From contig NW_003526943.1 of NCBI RefSeq assembly GCF_000181795.1, forward strand, positions 5,759,806 through 5,823,805: a stretch of 64,000 nt of DNA, given 5' to 3'. Both the position numbers and the translations under genes were made by a program. The DNA comes from Trichinella spiralis (Eukaryota). Shown here piece after piece: positions 43,276 through 60,730 of this stretch. Position 1 is the first letter of the stretch, and each line of letters begins with the position of its first letter. Below the pieces are notes generated by a model that worked only from the letters and a program-made list of their open reading frames with translations, had not been told where the DNA came from and did no database searches.

Positions 43276-46200
43276 CTTAGTTTAATAAGCGTAAACAAAA
43301 GCGAAGTTTAGTAAGCGAAGAAACAAAAGTCATTTGGTCTGTTAGACAGTGCCAGTCATTCCGCAAACCAACCGCTGATTTATAGTGACCCTTTTTGAAT
43401 TATCTTTTGTTTATTTCTCTTATTAGCGGCGATTAATAAGTCTCGGAGTAAGGTAAGTCTTTATCATTATTGTTATGGAGTGAAAACTTTACACTCAACC
43501 TGCAGATCTACAGTATACATACACAGTAGAATTTGATGAATTTTATTTAGCATAAACTACCAAAGTAAATAGCGTGCAACGCACTTGTGCGCGGAAGAGC
43601 TGATGTGGAAGTAAAAATTGATAACGCATTCTTATATACATGCGGAAATGACGTCACAGCGTCACGCTCTGACGCTCAGCTCTATCGTGGGCTAGAGCTT
43701 CCGCCTAACTTGCCAAAGACTAGAGGTCAGGAGAATGCTTTTCCCAACAGAATCTAAAAATAAGATTTAGTGATTTCCGGCTTTTGTTTTTATGATCTTA
43801 GCCTGATACTGGAAGGTAAAAATTAAATTCAGCTTCCGCATTTATGTTAACCGTTTTTCTGAAGAGACCATTTGTAAATGATCATCAAAATGCTGTAAAA
43901 TAAACTACATTTTCCATTTACTCTGACTGTTTCAAAATCAGTCACTCCATGACTTTTACATGATATTCCTTCACTGAACAATGATGTCAGTTAGTTATAT
44001 CGCTCATCACCTCTATTTCCCTAACAGTTTCAACTGTGAAGAACTTCTACTCACTTTACAATCCTGCTACTTAACAAATCACAACTTTTAATTCACATCA
44101 GTATTACAGTTTTTGGTTAAGCAGTGGTAATGGTGGATGGTTCTCAATATGCAGTTACATTCATCTAATTACGAGAGCATATTTTATGTTTTTTAATGTG
44201 TCCGTCCTTTTCCCTACCAAATGCAATAAAGCACATACGTTCCACAAATATAGAAAATATAATGGTTTGTTGATGTTGCGCTCTCGACATAGCAGACTGC
44301 ATTTTTTAAAAATCAAGCACTATTTTACATGATTCATATTTCAGGGTGTAATTAAGAACAAGTGACGATTTCAGTTTTATTTGTCAAAATATATGCAAGT
44401 GCATATACAAGAAATCAAAATACCTAATCCATTCTAATAATTGACTTAACTGCTTACGCTACTATGTGAGACTATAAACGCAGCTGACTAGTTAATCTAA
44501 AGCAGCTTACAAAAACAAACATCAAAGAAGATATTTAGAAGTTTCCTATTGCATTTCTTTTGCTGGAACCTACAATAGAATCATTAATATTTTCTAAAGC
44601 TGAATTCTCAGTAACAGGTTTATGTTTTATATGTGTAACTAGCTTTGTTTTGTTTTTTATGTAGAATTACTTGCTTTGTTCTTTATGTATTCTGGTGACA
44701 TATATGTGATTACTGTTATGCAGTGAATAATTTCTGAAATTAATTAATGCTTGATTTTGAGAGTGCTTACTGTAACATCCAAACGTCATTTTCTGAATGA
44801 CTAATTTACTCAGGGATTGACACGAGCCTGTAGCTGTTATTTTCATTGTTTTGTTAAATCAGTAAAATTGCAAGCTTAATATGTAAACAAAATGCTTACA
44901 GCTTACATTTGAACAGTCATTGAACATTACTCTGCAGTGTAAGCTGATAAAGATCATCACAACGTGGGGAAACAGAGAATTAGATATGTCCAACCTTTAT
45001 TACAAACCAATATGCATCATGCCTTACTTCCTTAGAGGTAAACAGTGTCACTATCCTATGACTTGAAAGTAAGGTTGTTTTGAGTTTATGTGTTTGTAAG
45101 GCTCAGTTTACAGAAAATCATCACTACTTTGTTCAAGAAAATTTGTAATACGATGTAATATTGAAACGTAGAAAAGACCCTGGATATGTAATGGAAACTT
45201 TTTAGAGGTTTAATCATCAAAACCTATATAATTGCTCATCTTTATCTTGACATTTCATATTCTCCTGTCTCATTGGTGGCATCACCAAATTTGGCTAACA
45301 GGATTAACCAATCAGAACGTATGAAATATGATCAATCAGAAAAAATTTCCATTACTTATTTGGAATATGTTAAACTTATATGTACCAATTATTATGAATT
45401 ATCATTGTCAAATCTGCTCAGAATAAACATACTGAAGTACATGCCCGAGTTCTTTCCTCATAGCAGTAGTGCTACGTGAATATCAGTAGTTCACGACCAA
45501 CCAAATTAGAATCTACGTCAGAATCCCAAAAGCAAATGGATGTTGGAAGTGTACCAAATGACATCATCATGGACCTATTTCATGCATATAAAACTTTGTG
45601 GAATCATGCATGTTTGGGGATGCTTTTGAAAGCATTGTCCGTAAAAGTGAGAGCACCAATGCCAGATTTAGATTGTCAGTCAATTATTAGCATCGCCTGG
45701 AAAGGATTATATATTTTTTGTCACCTAGAGTTAGTTGAGTTGCTGCAGATTGCATCTTTGAAAGATTTCAGTAGTAAACACGGATAGTATGGCTAAGATC
45801 GACCATGAACAGCACACTGCAGTGGATAAGCAGTATAAAATTTTTCTTCTTAATAGATCCTTCTTATGGGGAGACGTAGTGAGAGCTTTTGATAAACAGC
45901 TGGGCAGACATGAGATACGGATATGGATTCTGAGAGGCAGAAAAAGGGACGCATACTACTTGCTTAAGAAAAACTATGATTCAATTTTAGCTTTCCTCTT
46001 CTATTTACTGTAAATTTTATTTTTTAATAAAATATTGTTTATAAAAGTAAGTAATTATTATTAAAATGTACAAAACAACAAATTTTCCATTTTTTAAATA
46101 AAAATCAATACATTAAGACAAGTTATCTTTTATTAGAAACTTCCACGTTATTATCATTGAAATTTAGAAAATAAAAACGTTTTTTATCAAGTATTACAAA

Positions 46201-47971
46201 GATTTTTCTTATGTAATCATCTTAGAATTCAGAACAGAAAGTTATCTAAACTTAAAAGAAGTACTCACAGCGCTTTCACATACTGTAAGACTACATGTCG
46301 TCAAAGAAATTTCAAATGTAAAAATAACAAGCGTGCATTCAATTTGAATCCATTATTTGTAGAAAAATACAGACTTATTAGGAGTTGTAATTTACACGAT
46401 TGCTAAAATGCTAAAAAATCTCTTTAAAATCAGAATTTGTTTTTTATAAATTTTTCTTTTGATTTAATTCCTCTTATTCATCATTTATACATTTATTTGT
46501 AAAAATTCACTGTGAACGATTTTCTCAATTAATTTTCACCTTACCTATAAATGGTAAGAAATTATAAAAATAAAAAATTGCATAATTGCTTTTCTAGGAG
46601 AAGTAAAATATAAAATAAAGAATAATAAACAGAACAATTTTTCTACAAAATCCTGCATATCCGTATATAATATTACAGAAAGCGTGTTGTCAAACCGTAA
46701 TGTAAAACTGCAGTGTGGTAGAGACGAAGGGTTGAGGTAAAGTTAATTTTGATTGTTAAAATGTTGAAAACTTTTGTAATTTTTAAATTTTCAAAAAACA
46801 AAATGCAAAAAAGATAAACCTAATGTGAAATTAACAGAAACCGTTCGAGATTTTGATTTTGTAATGCAGCTACTGTAAATTTAATTGATTTCTTTATTAT
46901 GATGTAAATTTTTCTTAAATTCAGTCAGTTGCTAATAATTAATTATCTAATAATACAGTTAATTTTATTCATTTTATTTGTGAATGTGTGGGACCGTTTA
47001 CTGTCTGCATAATTTGTTGCACAGTGTTCATCAACTTTGGTAGATTTGAATTTTTCAAAAATTTTTTTCCATTTCTACGTCACCTTCTTTGATCACAGAA
47101 TATTTTTTCACGTCATCTCAACCTTCTCTGATACTAGTTTTCAATTCTACTCCCACGCAAGTATTTTCGTCATTTCGCCCAGGTGCAGTTGCCATGGTGA
47201 AACTTGTTTTTTGTATTGTTTATAATTTTTTGTTTTATTCTTTTTGTCTGGTTGTACAATTTCTGCAGCAGAAATAAATTTAACATGACAATAATAAGTT
47301 ATGCAAACTGCCACATGGCTAGCCGTTACTTTCATAGAATTATTTTTCATTATCAATTTTTTCAAATTTCTACTTAAAGCAAATTTTGGTCAATTGAAAG
47401 ATTGATACGTCAAATTTTAACTGAAATTTGTTTCTATTTTTGATGATTTCACTTTTTTTGAAAAACCTTTTCAGAATGACCCACTTTTCAATGAACTTCA
47501 TTTTCTCCCGCGTCATTTTTATCTTACTGTGGTTGTATTGTTTCCTCTCTTGAAAATTTAAAACGTTGAAATTCAAACTTGACTCAGTCATGTTTTTAAT
47601 TCACTTTCCATTTCAAAAACGTTACTGTATTCATTCACTGAACAGGATATTTAATCATAGTTTATTTTTAATTTTAATAATTAAAAAATGTAGGTATATA
47701 ATAATTTACTTTAATATTATGTATGGCATACAGAAACAAATTATCATTCAAAATAGGTATTTTTTAATGAATGTTCATGTCTGCATAGGTATTTTTATGA
47801 TCGATTGTAGTTTTCTAAAATTAAAATAAATGATTTAAATCACTGTAAATAAATTTCAGAATACCGACTTTTCCAATTAATTACTGAAATTAATGCCTGA
47901 TTGATGATGCGCTTGGTATTTCATTTCATTTCATTTCATTTTCTCATAGATATCCAGAGCCAGTTTAAATC

Positions 47972-50900
47972 ATGTTTTATTCTCATAATCTTTTGTGTCG
48001 AAAAAATGGAAAATTTTTCCACGTTTGGTAAAATTGTTGTATATTCATTGGTTAAAATAATTTGTGATTTCAACTGATTATGTTGAAGGATAGCTGCGAT
48101 GAACCGAAAGAAACTCAATCGCCGTGACTGTCTTAACGTAAACGTGACAAAGATATGGTATGAAAAAAGTATTTTTTTAAAAGTTTCCTCTTTAATTATG
48201 CAATTAATTTTCCAGTCAAGAATTGATGCGATATTTTCCAGAAAATAGCAATCAAACGAAATCTTTTTCACTTTATTTATGCAGTCAACTTATGTATGGA
48301 ATTGTTGTCATTTTTTCCGATCAAGTCAAATATATGTTGAGTAAGTTATACTTTCTATTTTGGTAAATTTGATTTATGTAATTTTTTTTTATTCACAGCT
48401 TCAAAAGTTGAAAATTCAAAATGATACATTGCAATTTTAGGTGATGTAACGAAGGCTATCGAAAGTATTAATCGTCATTTTAGACCTCCTCGCATTGAGC
48501 TTCCTGAAGATAAAGAGTAAGAAAATTGAAAAAGATGATTTGGACACTTTTCTGTCTACTTAATTTATATTTGCATAAACTTTTATAATTTTTACTTAGA
48601 AATGGGTCACGCATCAAATGTGAAACAGTAGACTTTGGAGAAACGAAATATAATTTTTTAGAATTTCCGTCGATTGAAAGTTTGATGAGAGAGGCAGTAA
48701 GTTCGCTAAATGATGATTTTATTCACTTCAAACAATTAAAGTGAATTAATATTTTTTTTTGCAGGAATCTGAATCACTTGGAATAATATCTGATATGCAG
48801 TCTATTATTTCTTCAGTTGATTGTAAGTTGAAGTTACTTCGTTTTCCACGTAACCAAAAAAATACATACACATCAAGTGGAAGAAGACTAAAATTAGATT
48901 ATTTTCTTTTGATGCTGAGATATATTAAATTGATGATTTAAATAAATTGCAGACTGCACTGATAAATTTTGAATTTCAGTTAGCAGTTTCGAACCTGATC
49001 TTTCACTTGTCGCAACAAAGGGAATCACACTCCCAGAAGCACAATTTTCAGAAAGAAATCTGGTAAGAAAGAATAATACTATACTGAAGAATTAATTCAT
49101 GTATGAATAATTTTTAGACTACCGATCCATTGTTTGGTAATGTTCAGGACGAATATTTGGAACCATTTCCAGAGTTGAGCTTTTTCTTAAACTTACATTA
49201 ATTAACTTTTTACATGTATGTATTGATTTTTACAGCGGTCCTCTGGATTTCGAGCTACCAGCCTTACTTTCTGCAACATCAGATAAAAATGCAGGTGCAC
49301 CTATAACTGCAGTCGAGGAAGCTGCTCCATGCTTGCTGAGAATTCCTGAGACTCCACCAATAGATTTTGGCCTTCCTTTATTAAGGGTATTTTCATTCAG
49401 TTAAGTTTTTAAGCATAGCTGTGTAAAATCGTAATTTTTAGCAAATTTATTCATATAAATTTTTTACGACACTTTTGTACATTTATTTTTAATATTATAA
49501 GATGTAACTTCACATATCTTCATCTGTGTAAAGTTTTAAGTTTTATTAGTTGTATCGTCCTGGATTTTTCTTTTTCAAAGCAAGTACTGAATTTCATTTT
49601 CAATGATTTATCAAGATGTAACTTTTGTTTTATAAGAGTTTCAAAATATCTTCAAAATATATAAACACAAGTAAGCATGCAAATTCATCCATAGAGCATT
49701 TTGAGATTGAATTATTTATTCTAGGAACCAGCTGAAGGTGTCAGAAAACAGCAAAAAAGATTGAAAATTGACAAGGAAATTAAAATTCCGAGGGAGAAAA
49801 TCAAAAAACAAATATTAGATTTTTCCTCAACAATGCGAAGCATGGAAGAGGTACGAGAAAGAGCGGAATTTTCAAAATCTACAGGATGTGATTAATTATA
49901 ATTTTTTAAGACTCGCTTGATTCCCGTTTCTCGTAAAGTTAAAAATTTTTTCAATTCACCAGCGATCAGTAAGAAGATGATGTATCTACTTTGAAAATTT
50001 TCACTTTTGTGCATCATTGTGAAATTTCAGTGATGAGATCTCCCGCTCTTTTGGGCATGTTCAAAGAACGTCTTTGTAGAAGGGTGCTGCCCACTGAATG
50101 GCATGACGTTGAAATTTTGAAAGAAGAACCACCACCAATTAATGTACAATTTTTAATAAGATTTTTTCACAATGCACAGTTTAGTAGAGTATATTTTAGG
50201 ATGTTGACGAGGCAAACATGATCAATGATGCTGTTGCTCATTTTACAAGCACGGAGACAGTTGAAGTGAATGTTGGCCAGCAATCATCATTGCTATTGAA
50301 TGCTACTGCAGCTACAGATAGCAGTGTTGAAAAGCCTCGAGAGGTTTCAAACAGTTCTGCAGAAATGCGAAATGCAAGCAGCAGTCCTCGACTTCGCAGA
50401 ACGCGCTGTATGAAATGAATATATATATATATATAATTCGAAATATCAAATAAATATATTTCGATTTATTTTTAAGCACGTACTACATTTGAATCAACAT
50501 TGACAACGACAGCTGAGGAAATGTGCTTCGGGTACATGTGAAAATGTTTGCAATGTTTTATTTTGTTTCTACTATTATAAGTTCTAATTTTGATAATTTA
50601 ATTTCAGTGAAAGCCTTTGGAGAGATCTTGAAAGTGAACAGGCGAATTTTTTATTATGATTTTTCATTAATAATTTGTTTTCAACGTTTGTATTGCAGCA
50701 ACAGGCAGCCGAAGCAAATCGCGGATAAATCCAAATTTACAGTCAACGTTTGAATTTCGTCCTGGATGCATGCCTAAAGCGACCGATGGGAAACTTGTAA
50801 TCGACATGAGTGGTCGTCGTCCAAAAGTGCATTTTCATCAATTGAGGAAGTAAAATAGCACACCACTTGGATTTATAATGAGAATGGATAATTGTTCTGT

Positions 50901-51305
50901 TTTGTTTCATTTCTTCTATTTCTAGCGTAATTTATGAATCAATCGCCGGTAGAGAGTATATCACTTTTGCAGATCTGTGTCCTGTAGAAACAACTCCACG
51001 CTGTATTGCTGTGGATGTGTTTTCAGAACTTTTGGGTGACTGCTTTAACTTTTATATACCATTTTCTTTTCTTTTCTTTTCATTAATATCATATTGAAGA
51101 TTTGAAAAAACAGAAAAACACTTCTTTCATACTTTATATATACATATATGTAATATTTGAAAAATAATTTCCTTTTAAAATTAATGGAAAATTTCATTTT
51201 TTAAAAACAATATCACTAATCTAATGATTTCCAGTGCTTGCATCGCAATCGGTTCTCAGGGTAGAACAAATGAAAAATGGAGAAATTCACATTCGGAGAA
51301 ACTGA
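47972..51305 (+). CDS. REC8: REC8/Rad21-family kleisin (probable meiotic cohesin subunit), many short exons
   Basis: Spliced N-terminus MFYSHNLLCRKNGKFFHVW|IAAMNRKKLNRRDCLNVNVTKIC|QELMRY...FSLYLCSQLMYGIVVIFSDQVKYML; central KRLKIDKEIKIPREKIKKQI; C-terminal winged helix ITFADLCP..TTPRCIAVDVFSELL|VLASQSVLRVEQ..NGEIHI. Confidence 0.85.
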
Positions 51306-51569
51306 GCAAAAAAAGACGTTAATCAATTGCACATGCTGAACATCAATGTTTATCGCACTTGGCACATTTTCAAAAATTATTCATTCATATATGAATATTG
51401 CATACTTATTTGATCACGATGTTTATCAAGTATTTTTATATGTGAAACAAAATTACAATTTACATTTGTTCAGTTCAATTTTTAGGATTATTAAAATTGT
51501 TCTCAATTACTCAATAAATGACAATTCAATTTTGAATCAAATGAAAAGGTTTCTTCAAATAATAATAAA

Positions 51570-53642
51570 TTAACCTCTTTTGAAAAATTTTGCAATAAAA
51601 AATCCAATAGTGTCTGAATCAACTGACAGTGCGGATGGTCGATCCCAGTGGTCCACAGTTTCTGCATTCAAATCATTCAGGCAATTTATTTTCAAACTGC
51701 CGCCATTGTTGACGTGTCGGGTGCAAAAATCGGTTGGATCAAATTTTTGTACCATTTCCAAACCATACGCTGCATCTCCTCGTTTGCCCATGTGAGGATC
51801 CTTGAAACACTTGAACGATAAAGAAGCAATTTAAATACAATTACGACAACACCTGTTCAGTTAGATGCAATTCAGGAAATTCTTCAAGAGCCCATAAAAC
51901 AATTCCCTCATTTTCATCTTTGTTCAAAGTACAAGTGCTGTATACGAGTGTTCCACCAGGTTTTAACAGACGAACAGCCTTTTAATTATAAAAATAATGA
52001 TTAGAGTTACCGGAAAAAATAATATGCTAAATATAAATAATATATATTACCGTTCGGAATAATCTTCGTTGCAATGGCGGATAGGCGTTGTTGCATTTGG
52101 GATTTTCGTGGAAATTGTAAAACAACGGTCGTTGACCATAGCCACTGCACGGTGCATCGAGCAGTATCCGATCGAAACCGTTTTCCGGAACGTTCAAACC
52201 GACCGGTACTTTGTCTGAAAAAGTAATTTCTAATTTGTTTTCAATATTAAATGATTTAATAATCCCTTTCCGCATACCGACTAATTTCACAGCATCAGCT
52301 AGATTGGGTTCGATCGATTTGAGATTCAACTTTTTGGCATTTTCTTTCAACTCTTGCAACCGTTTGCTGCAATCGTCGACAGCAACCACTCGAGCCTGGA
52401 AATTTTAATATTTTTTTCTTTCAAACTCAACAACTCTCCAATTCAGCATGGCAATTTTCAACCTGATCTTTGGTCAACGTTGCAATGTGAGTAGTTTTAC
52501 CGCCCGGCGCTGCGCACAAGTCCAATATCACCTCGCCAGGTTGAGGATTCAACACGTGAGTGCAAATGATAGACGGTAAATTTTGTGGAAAACCCCAATC
52601 TTCTACGATACCATAAAGTTTGGGATGATTCCACACCCCTGCGGTCATCAAAACGCCCATTTCTCTGAAATTCACTCAATCGAAACTGAAAAGCAAACTA
52701 TTGCATGTTCGTGCTTGCAAATCGTGCATATTCAACTTCGACAAATTGCATAACATGCAAATTGTTATTCTTTGCAAGATATCTTTACCTATACTAGTTT
52801 GTTCTCTTCGAATTGTGCAAAGAAAACAACAATTCATTTTCTCATCATGCTCAAGATCAAACTGAAATTTCTTGCAATTTTATAACTATTTTTTCCAATG
52901 CTATTTCTTCTTTTTATATTTCGAATAACAACAATTATGATTATTATTCAACAACTTACGGTTGTTTTTTCATCAATTTTGTCTTGAAAAGACTATCTCT
53001 GGAAATTGCAATTACACCATTTCCCAAGAACAATTTTCGCTTATCATACGGACGCTTCCAACCTAGTCGGCATTTACCTTCCAAATCCATGTACACGGAC
53101 ACATTGGACCCTTCGGCAAACCCTGAACACTGATATAAGCTGAATGAACCATTTTGATTAAACACTGAATTCAACAATACACAAAAATCAACTTCAATCA
53201 TCTTGATAAATTATAAATCGTTTTAATTTGCTTACAACGATTTGAGCCTAAAATGCCGACAGAATAAATATCAGCCCCGCGTAAGACAGATTTCCCGCAC
53301 TTTTTATCCACGTATATCTCTGTTGGAAAAGGTTCCTTTTCATGAGGTCCACTACCAGTCAAAACCAACACATCTTTAAGACACCAATGAAGTGATACTT
53401 CGGGTTTTTTATTCTCTTTTGCTTTATACTGCTGAAATTGTAAAAGAAAAACATTTTCAGCTTCATTCAAAGGAGAAAACAATAAAAAAAACTTATAACA
53501 ATAATTAAAATACTTCAGAAAGAAGAATTTCCATTCGCTCTTTCGCTTGATGAATTCCAATCTTCATCGTGTTCACGCGCACCGTTGAATAAAGCGGTGG
53601 GATCCTCATGATGCAGCTATTGTTCATTGACATTGTATCCAT
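51570..53642 (-). CDS. NSUN6: NSUN6-like RNA m5C methyltransferase with PUA domain, multi-exon
   Basis: [14 protein letters not shown] ([22 protein letters not shown]), [59 protein letters not shown]...[13 protein letters not shown]. Confidence 0.9.
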
Positions 53643-54958
53643 TTAAGAATGCATTGTATCGTTGCACTGCAATTCGAGAAATTAATATCACGCAATACTG
53701 ATATTTCATCACTGAACCGTAGCAATAATATAAACTAGAACTTCAACTTATAGAAAAATTAACTATTTTACATTCCATGCAACACATGTGAAAAATGTGT
53801 TCCAAAACCATAGGAAAATTTGCACATATTTCTATACTTTGCAAATGTGCAAAGATGATATTAAATAATAGTTTAAAATGTTAAAAACTGGACTGATAAA
53901 TAATAAGAATTCAATAAATAATCGTCAACAAATTAAAAATTTTTTAATGAAGCAATATTCTTTTCTCTAATTAAATTTTTTACAACTACATTAAAATAAA
54001 TAAATTATAATTTCAGCATTATCTGGTTTTTTTTAACATTTTCAAAACCCAACATCTTACAGTCGAAAAAACATCGTTCAATTTAAACACGAACAGTGTC
54101 CATTGTTAATTACTGTACTACAAAAGGAAAATCTAGTTTAAATCAGGAAACTGCCATGAAAAAAATAACCAAGTACAATTACTCATTATAAAAAATTCTA
54201 TTTTATGAGTTTTTTCTTTATTTTCAAGTAAATTAATTTCTAGTTAAATAATTTTTTTCAAATTATTTTAGAATATAACAGTAATTCATGAGAAAAAATA
54301 TGCATTGTCTGAATGAATCTTTGAAATCAGCAATCACTTTTGTTTCAAAATTTATGCATATAATGAATAAAATAAGCATGTTTTCTTGTAAAACCACTTT
54401 TTTGTGTCATCATTTCAAAATATTCTATTTTTTAGAAGTGAAATTCATACTTTAATGCTTTCATCTATAAACTTATATTACTTTAGAATACATATAAATG
54501 AACTGAAATTATTGTCAAAAAACAAATTAAAAAATAAATACATTTATCATCTTTTTGAGCAAAAATTTATATTTTTTATTACTAATAAAATTTTATGAAA
54601 ACTACATTTTAAAAAAAGTTAAAGTGAAAAGATTTTTGATCAGATATTTGTTGACATTATTGAATGGATTTGAACAAACGCTTGATCATTTGAGTGTGAA
54701 GTGGACCAATATATCTGTCTAGCGGTTCTTGAAAAGTTAATAAATGCCGACCAGCGTTGGTGTAGGTCACGTAATTAGCCGCTTCTCGGTTTCGTAGTGG
54801 ACCATTTGTGCGTCTTTAATGACCATTATTGCAATGACAAACAGTGCACTTCGATTTTGGCAGAATTTTGAACAGGCTTTTATCAGAAATGAAATATATG
54901 ATGAAATTTGGTGAACGAGATTAAAATTGGCCGTGCTGAAAAGCATTTTTACCAGAAA

Positions 54959-56383
54959 ATGGCACCGCAAGTCGGAACTGACGTGCTTTCACCGGCTTTT
55001 CAACAAGAACAAAACTCCAGCTTGACTTTAGCAAATTTAACCGCACAAACTTGTCACGCACCTGCAGATTTACTACCAATGGAACGACCGCTATTTCTCT
55101 ACCTCTATCCAATAATATTGCTAACCTGTGTTGCCGGAAATTCGGCAAATCTGCTTGTCTATTGGCATCGTTTTCTGAGAGCCGCTCCCACAATACGCCT
55201 CTTGGCTGCCAAAGCGGTTGCCAACGCCCTGTGCGTGATCAGTTTGATACCCAGGTTTGTTCATCTACTTCCGGCTGGTTTCAAGCACACTGCTGTAGAA
55301 AATTTTTACTGGAAAACATTACCAGTAACATTGTTTCTAATCAATCTCTTCGGCACCGTCGCAATATGGTAACCGTTTCACTTTTCACCTTCATTTATTA
55401 ATTATAAATTTATTATAAAAATCATTTAAATGTATCACAATTTTATTCATTTTTACATTTTCACAACTTTTAATTAATTCATTATTAACCGACAATCGCA
55501 TATGAAACATTGTGAAACAATATTATTTTCTAAGCTCATAAAAATTACTTTTGATTCTTCAATTGGAAATATCTCCATGCGCTGTAGAACATCAACAAAA
55601 AAATAACTACATCATAATTTCAGGTTGACAGTAGCGGTAACAGTGGAAAGTTACATCATGGTCGCATTTCCGGCCCAAGCAAAATCCTGGTGTTCCATAC
55701 GCAACGCGTACCTGTGCATTGTGGGCTGCTTCGGCGCAGCAATCGCTCTGCAAGTGTTCTACTTGCTCTGCAGGCAAGTGGTTCCAGTTGTTTGTCCAAA
55801 CATGAAAACTTACTTCTACCTTCTTCCTACCGGTCTGCCAGCTTACGAGAAGCTTTACTATTGGGCAAATGCGTTGTCCACTCTTTTAATCCCGATGGTG
55901 ACCATGCTGGCGTTGTCATTGCTAATCTATTATCAGTTGTTTTGGGCTAAACGACGGTTCAGCCAGGGAAGTGAGCAGAAACGCTGTGTGACCAGATTGA
56001 GTATGGCCACGACCGCCTGTCACTTGGTATTCGAAATGCCGCATGTGGTCAATTTCATCATCGCCGCCGTCGATCACACCCCTGCACGCCAGTGGCGCCG
56101 CAGGTTCCCGTGGGAGCAGTTCGCCGCGGTCGCTAATTTCCTCAGCATGCTAGACGCTTCGCTGACGGTTTTCGTCTACTTTGCCTGCAGTCAACGTTTC
56201 AGACAAATCTGCTATTTCACACTTTGTCGCAGTCGACAGGAACGCTACTGCAATCAGCTGGTCTTGCTTCAAGAAAATAAAGAACGCCAAAGCTGGACTG
56301 AGAATACGGACAAACTAAACCCAATATGTCCCCAACAGCGCACCTCCAACAATCCTGACACACAAACAGCTTGTTCTGTGTAA
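54959..56383 (+). CDS. Class A (rhodopsin-like) GPCR, neuropeptide-receptor-like; two exons (54959-55368, 55624-56383)
   Basis: Seven hydrophobic segments; TM1 GN; TM3 end W|LTVAVTVESYIMVAFP; TM5 LLIP; TM6 FEMP; TM7 followed by FVYFACSQRFR; N-glycosylation sequons NSS and NLT in the N-terminus. Confidence 0.88.
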
Positions 56384-56609
56384 GAAATGAAATTGAAACA
56401 GAATAAGAATATTTTTTTTATTCATAACGCTACGGAACATTCGAATCCACATATCTATCTATAATATATATGTATATGTGCGTGGTGAATAGAATTCAAA
56501 ATTTCACCACGTCGAAAATACTTTGCTCTGCATCATGAAACATGAAAAGGCATTAACAACATGAAATTTAAAAGAGAACAAAAAACAGAATTAATTTTAA
56601 AATTCACTC

Positions 56610-60553
<3,944 letters not shown>

Positions 60554-60730
60554 TGCTACAATACATATTTAAAAGAAAGAAACAACTGAAGAATAGTAAA
60601 AAATAAAATACGGAGAAACCAAAAAAATATTCTATAAAAAGATAACAATAATATTAATTTATTTCACAGTTCAATTTTTTAAATAAACTTATAAATATCT
60701 CCAAATGAATAATCCTTTCAAGCTGTTATA

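Noticed and set aside
45273..46013. Three consecutive short plus-strand ORFs resembling a bacterial operon or decayed gene
   Set aside because: No domain recognised; eukaryotic context; possibly old TE sequence but not supportable.
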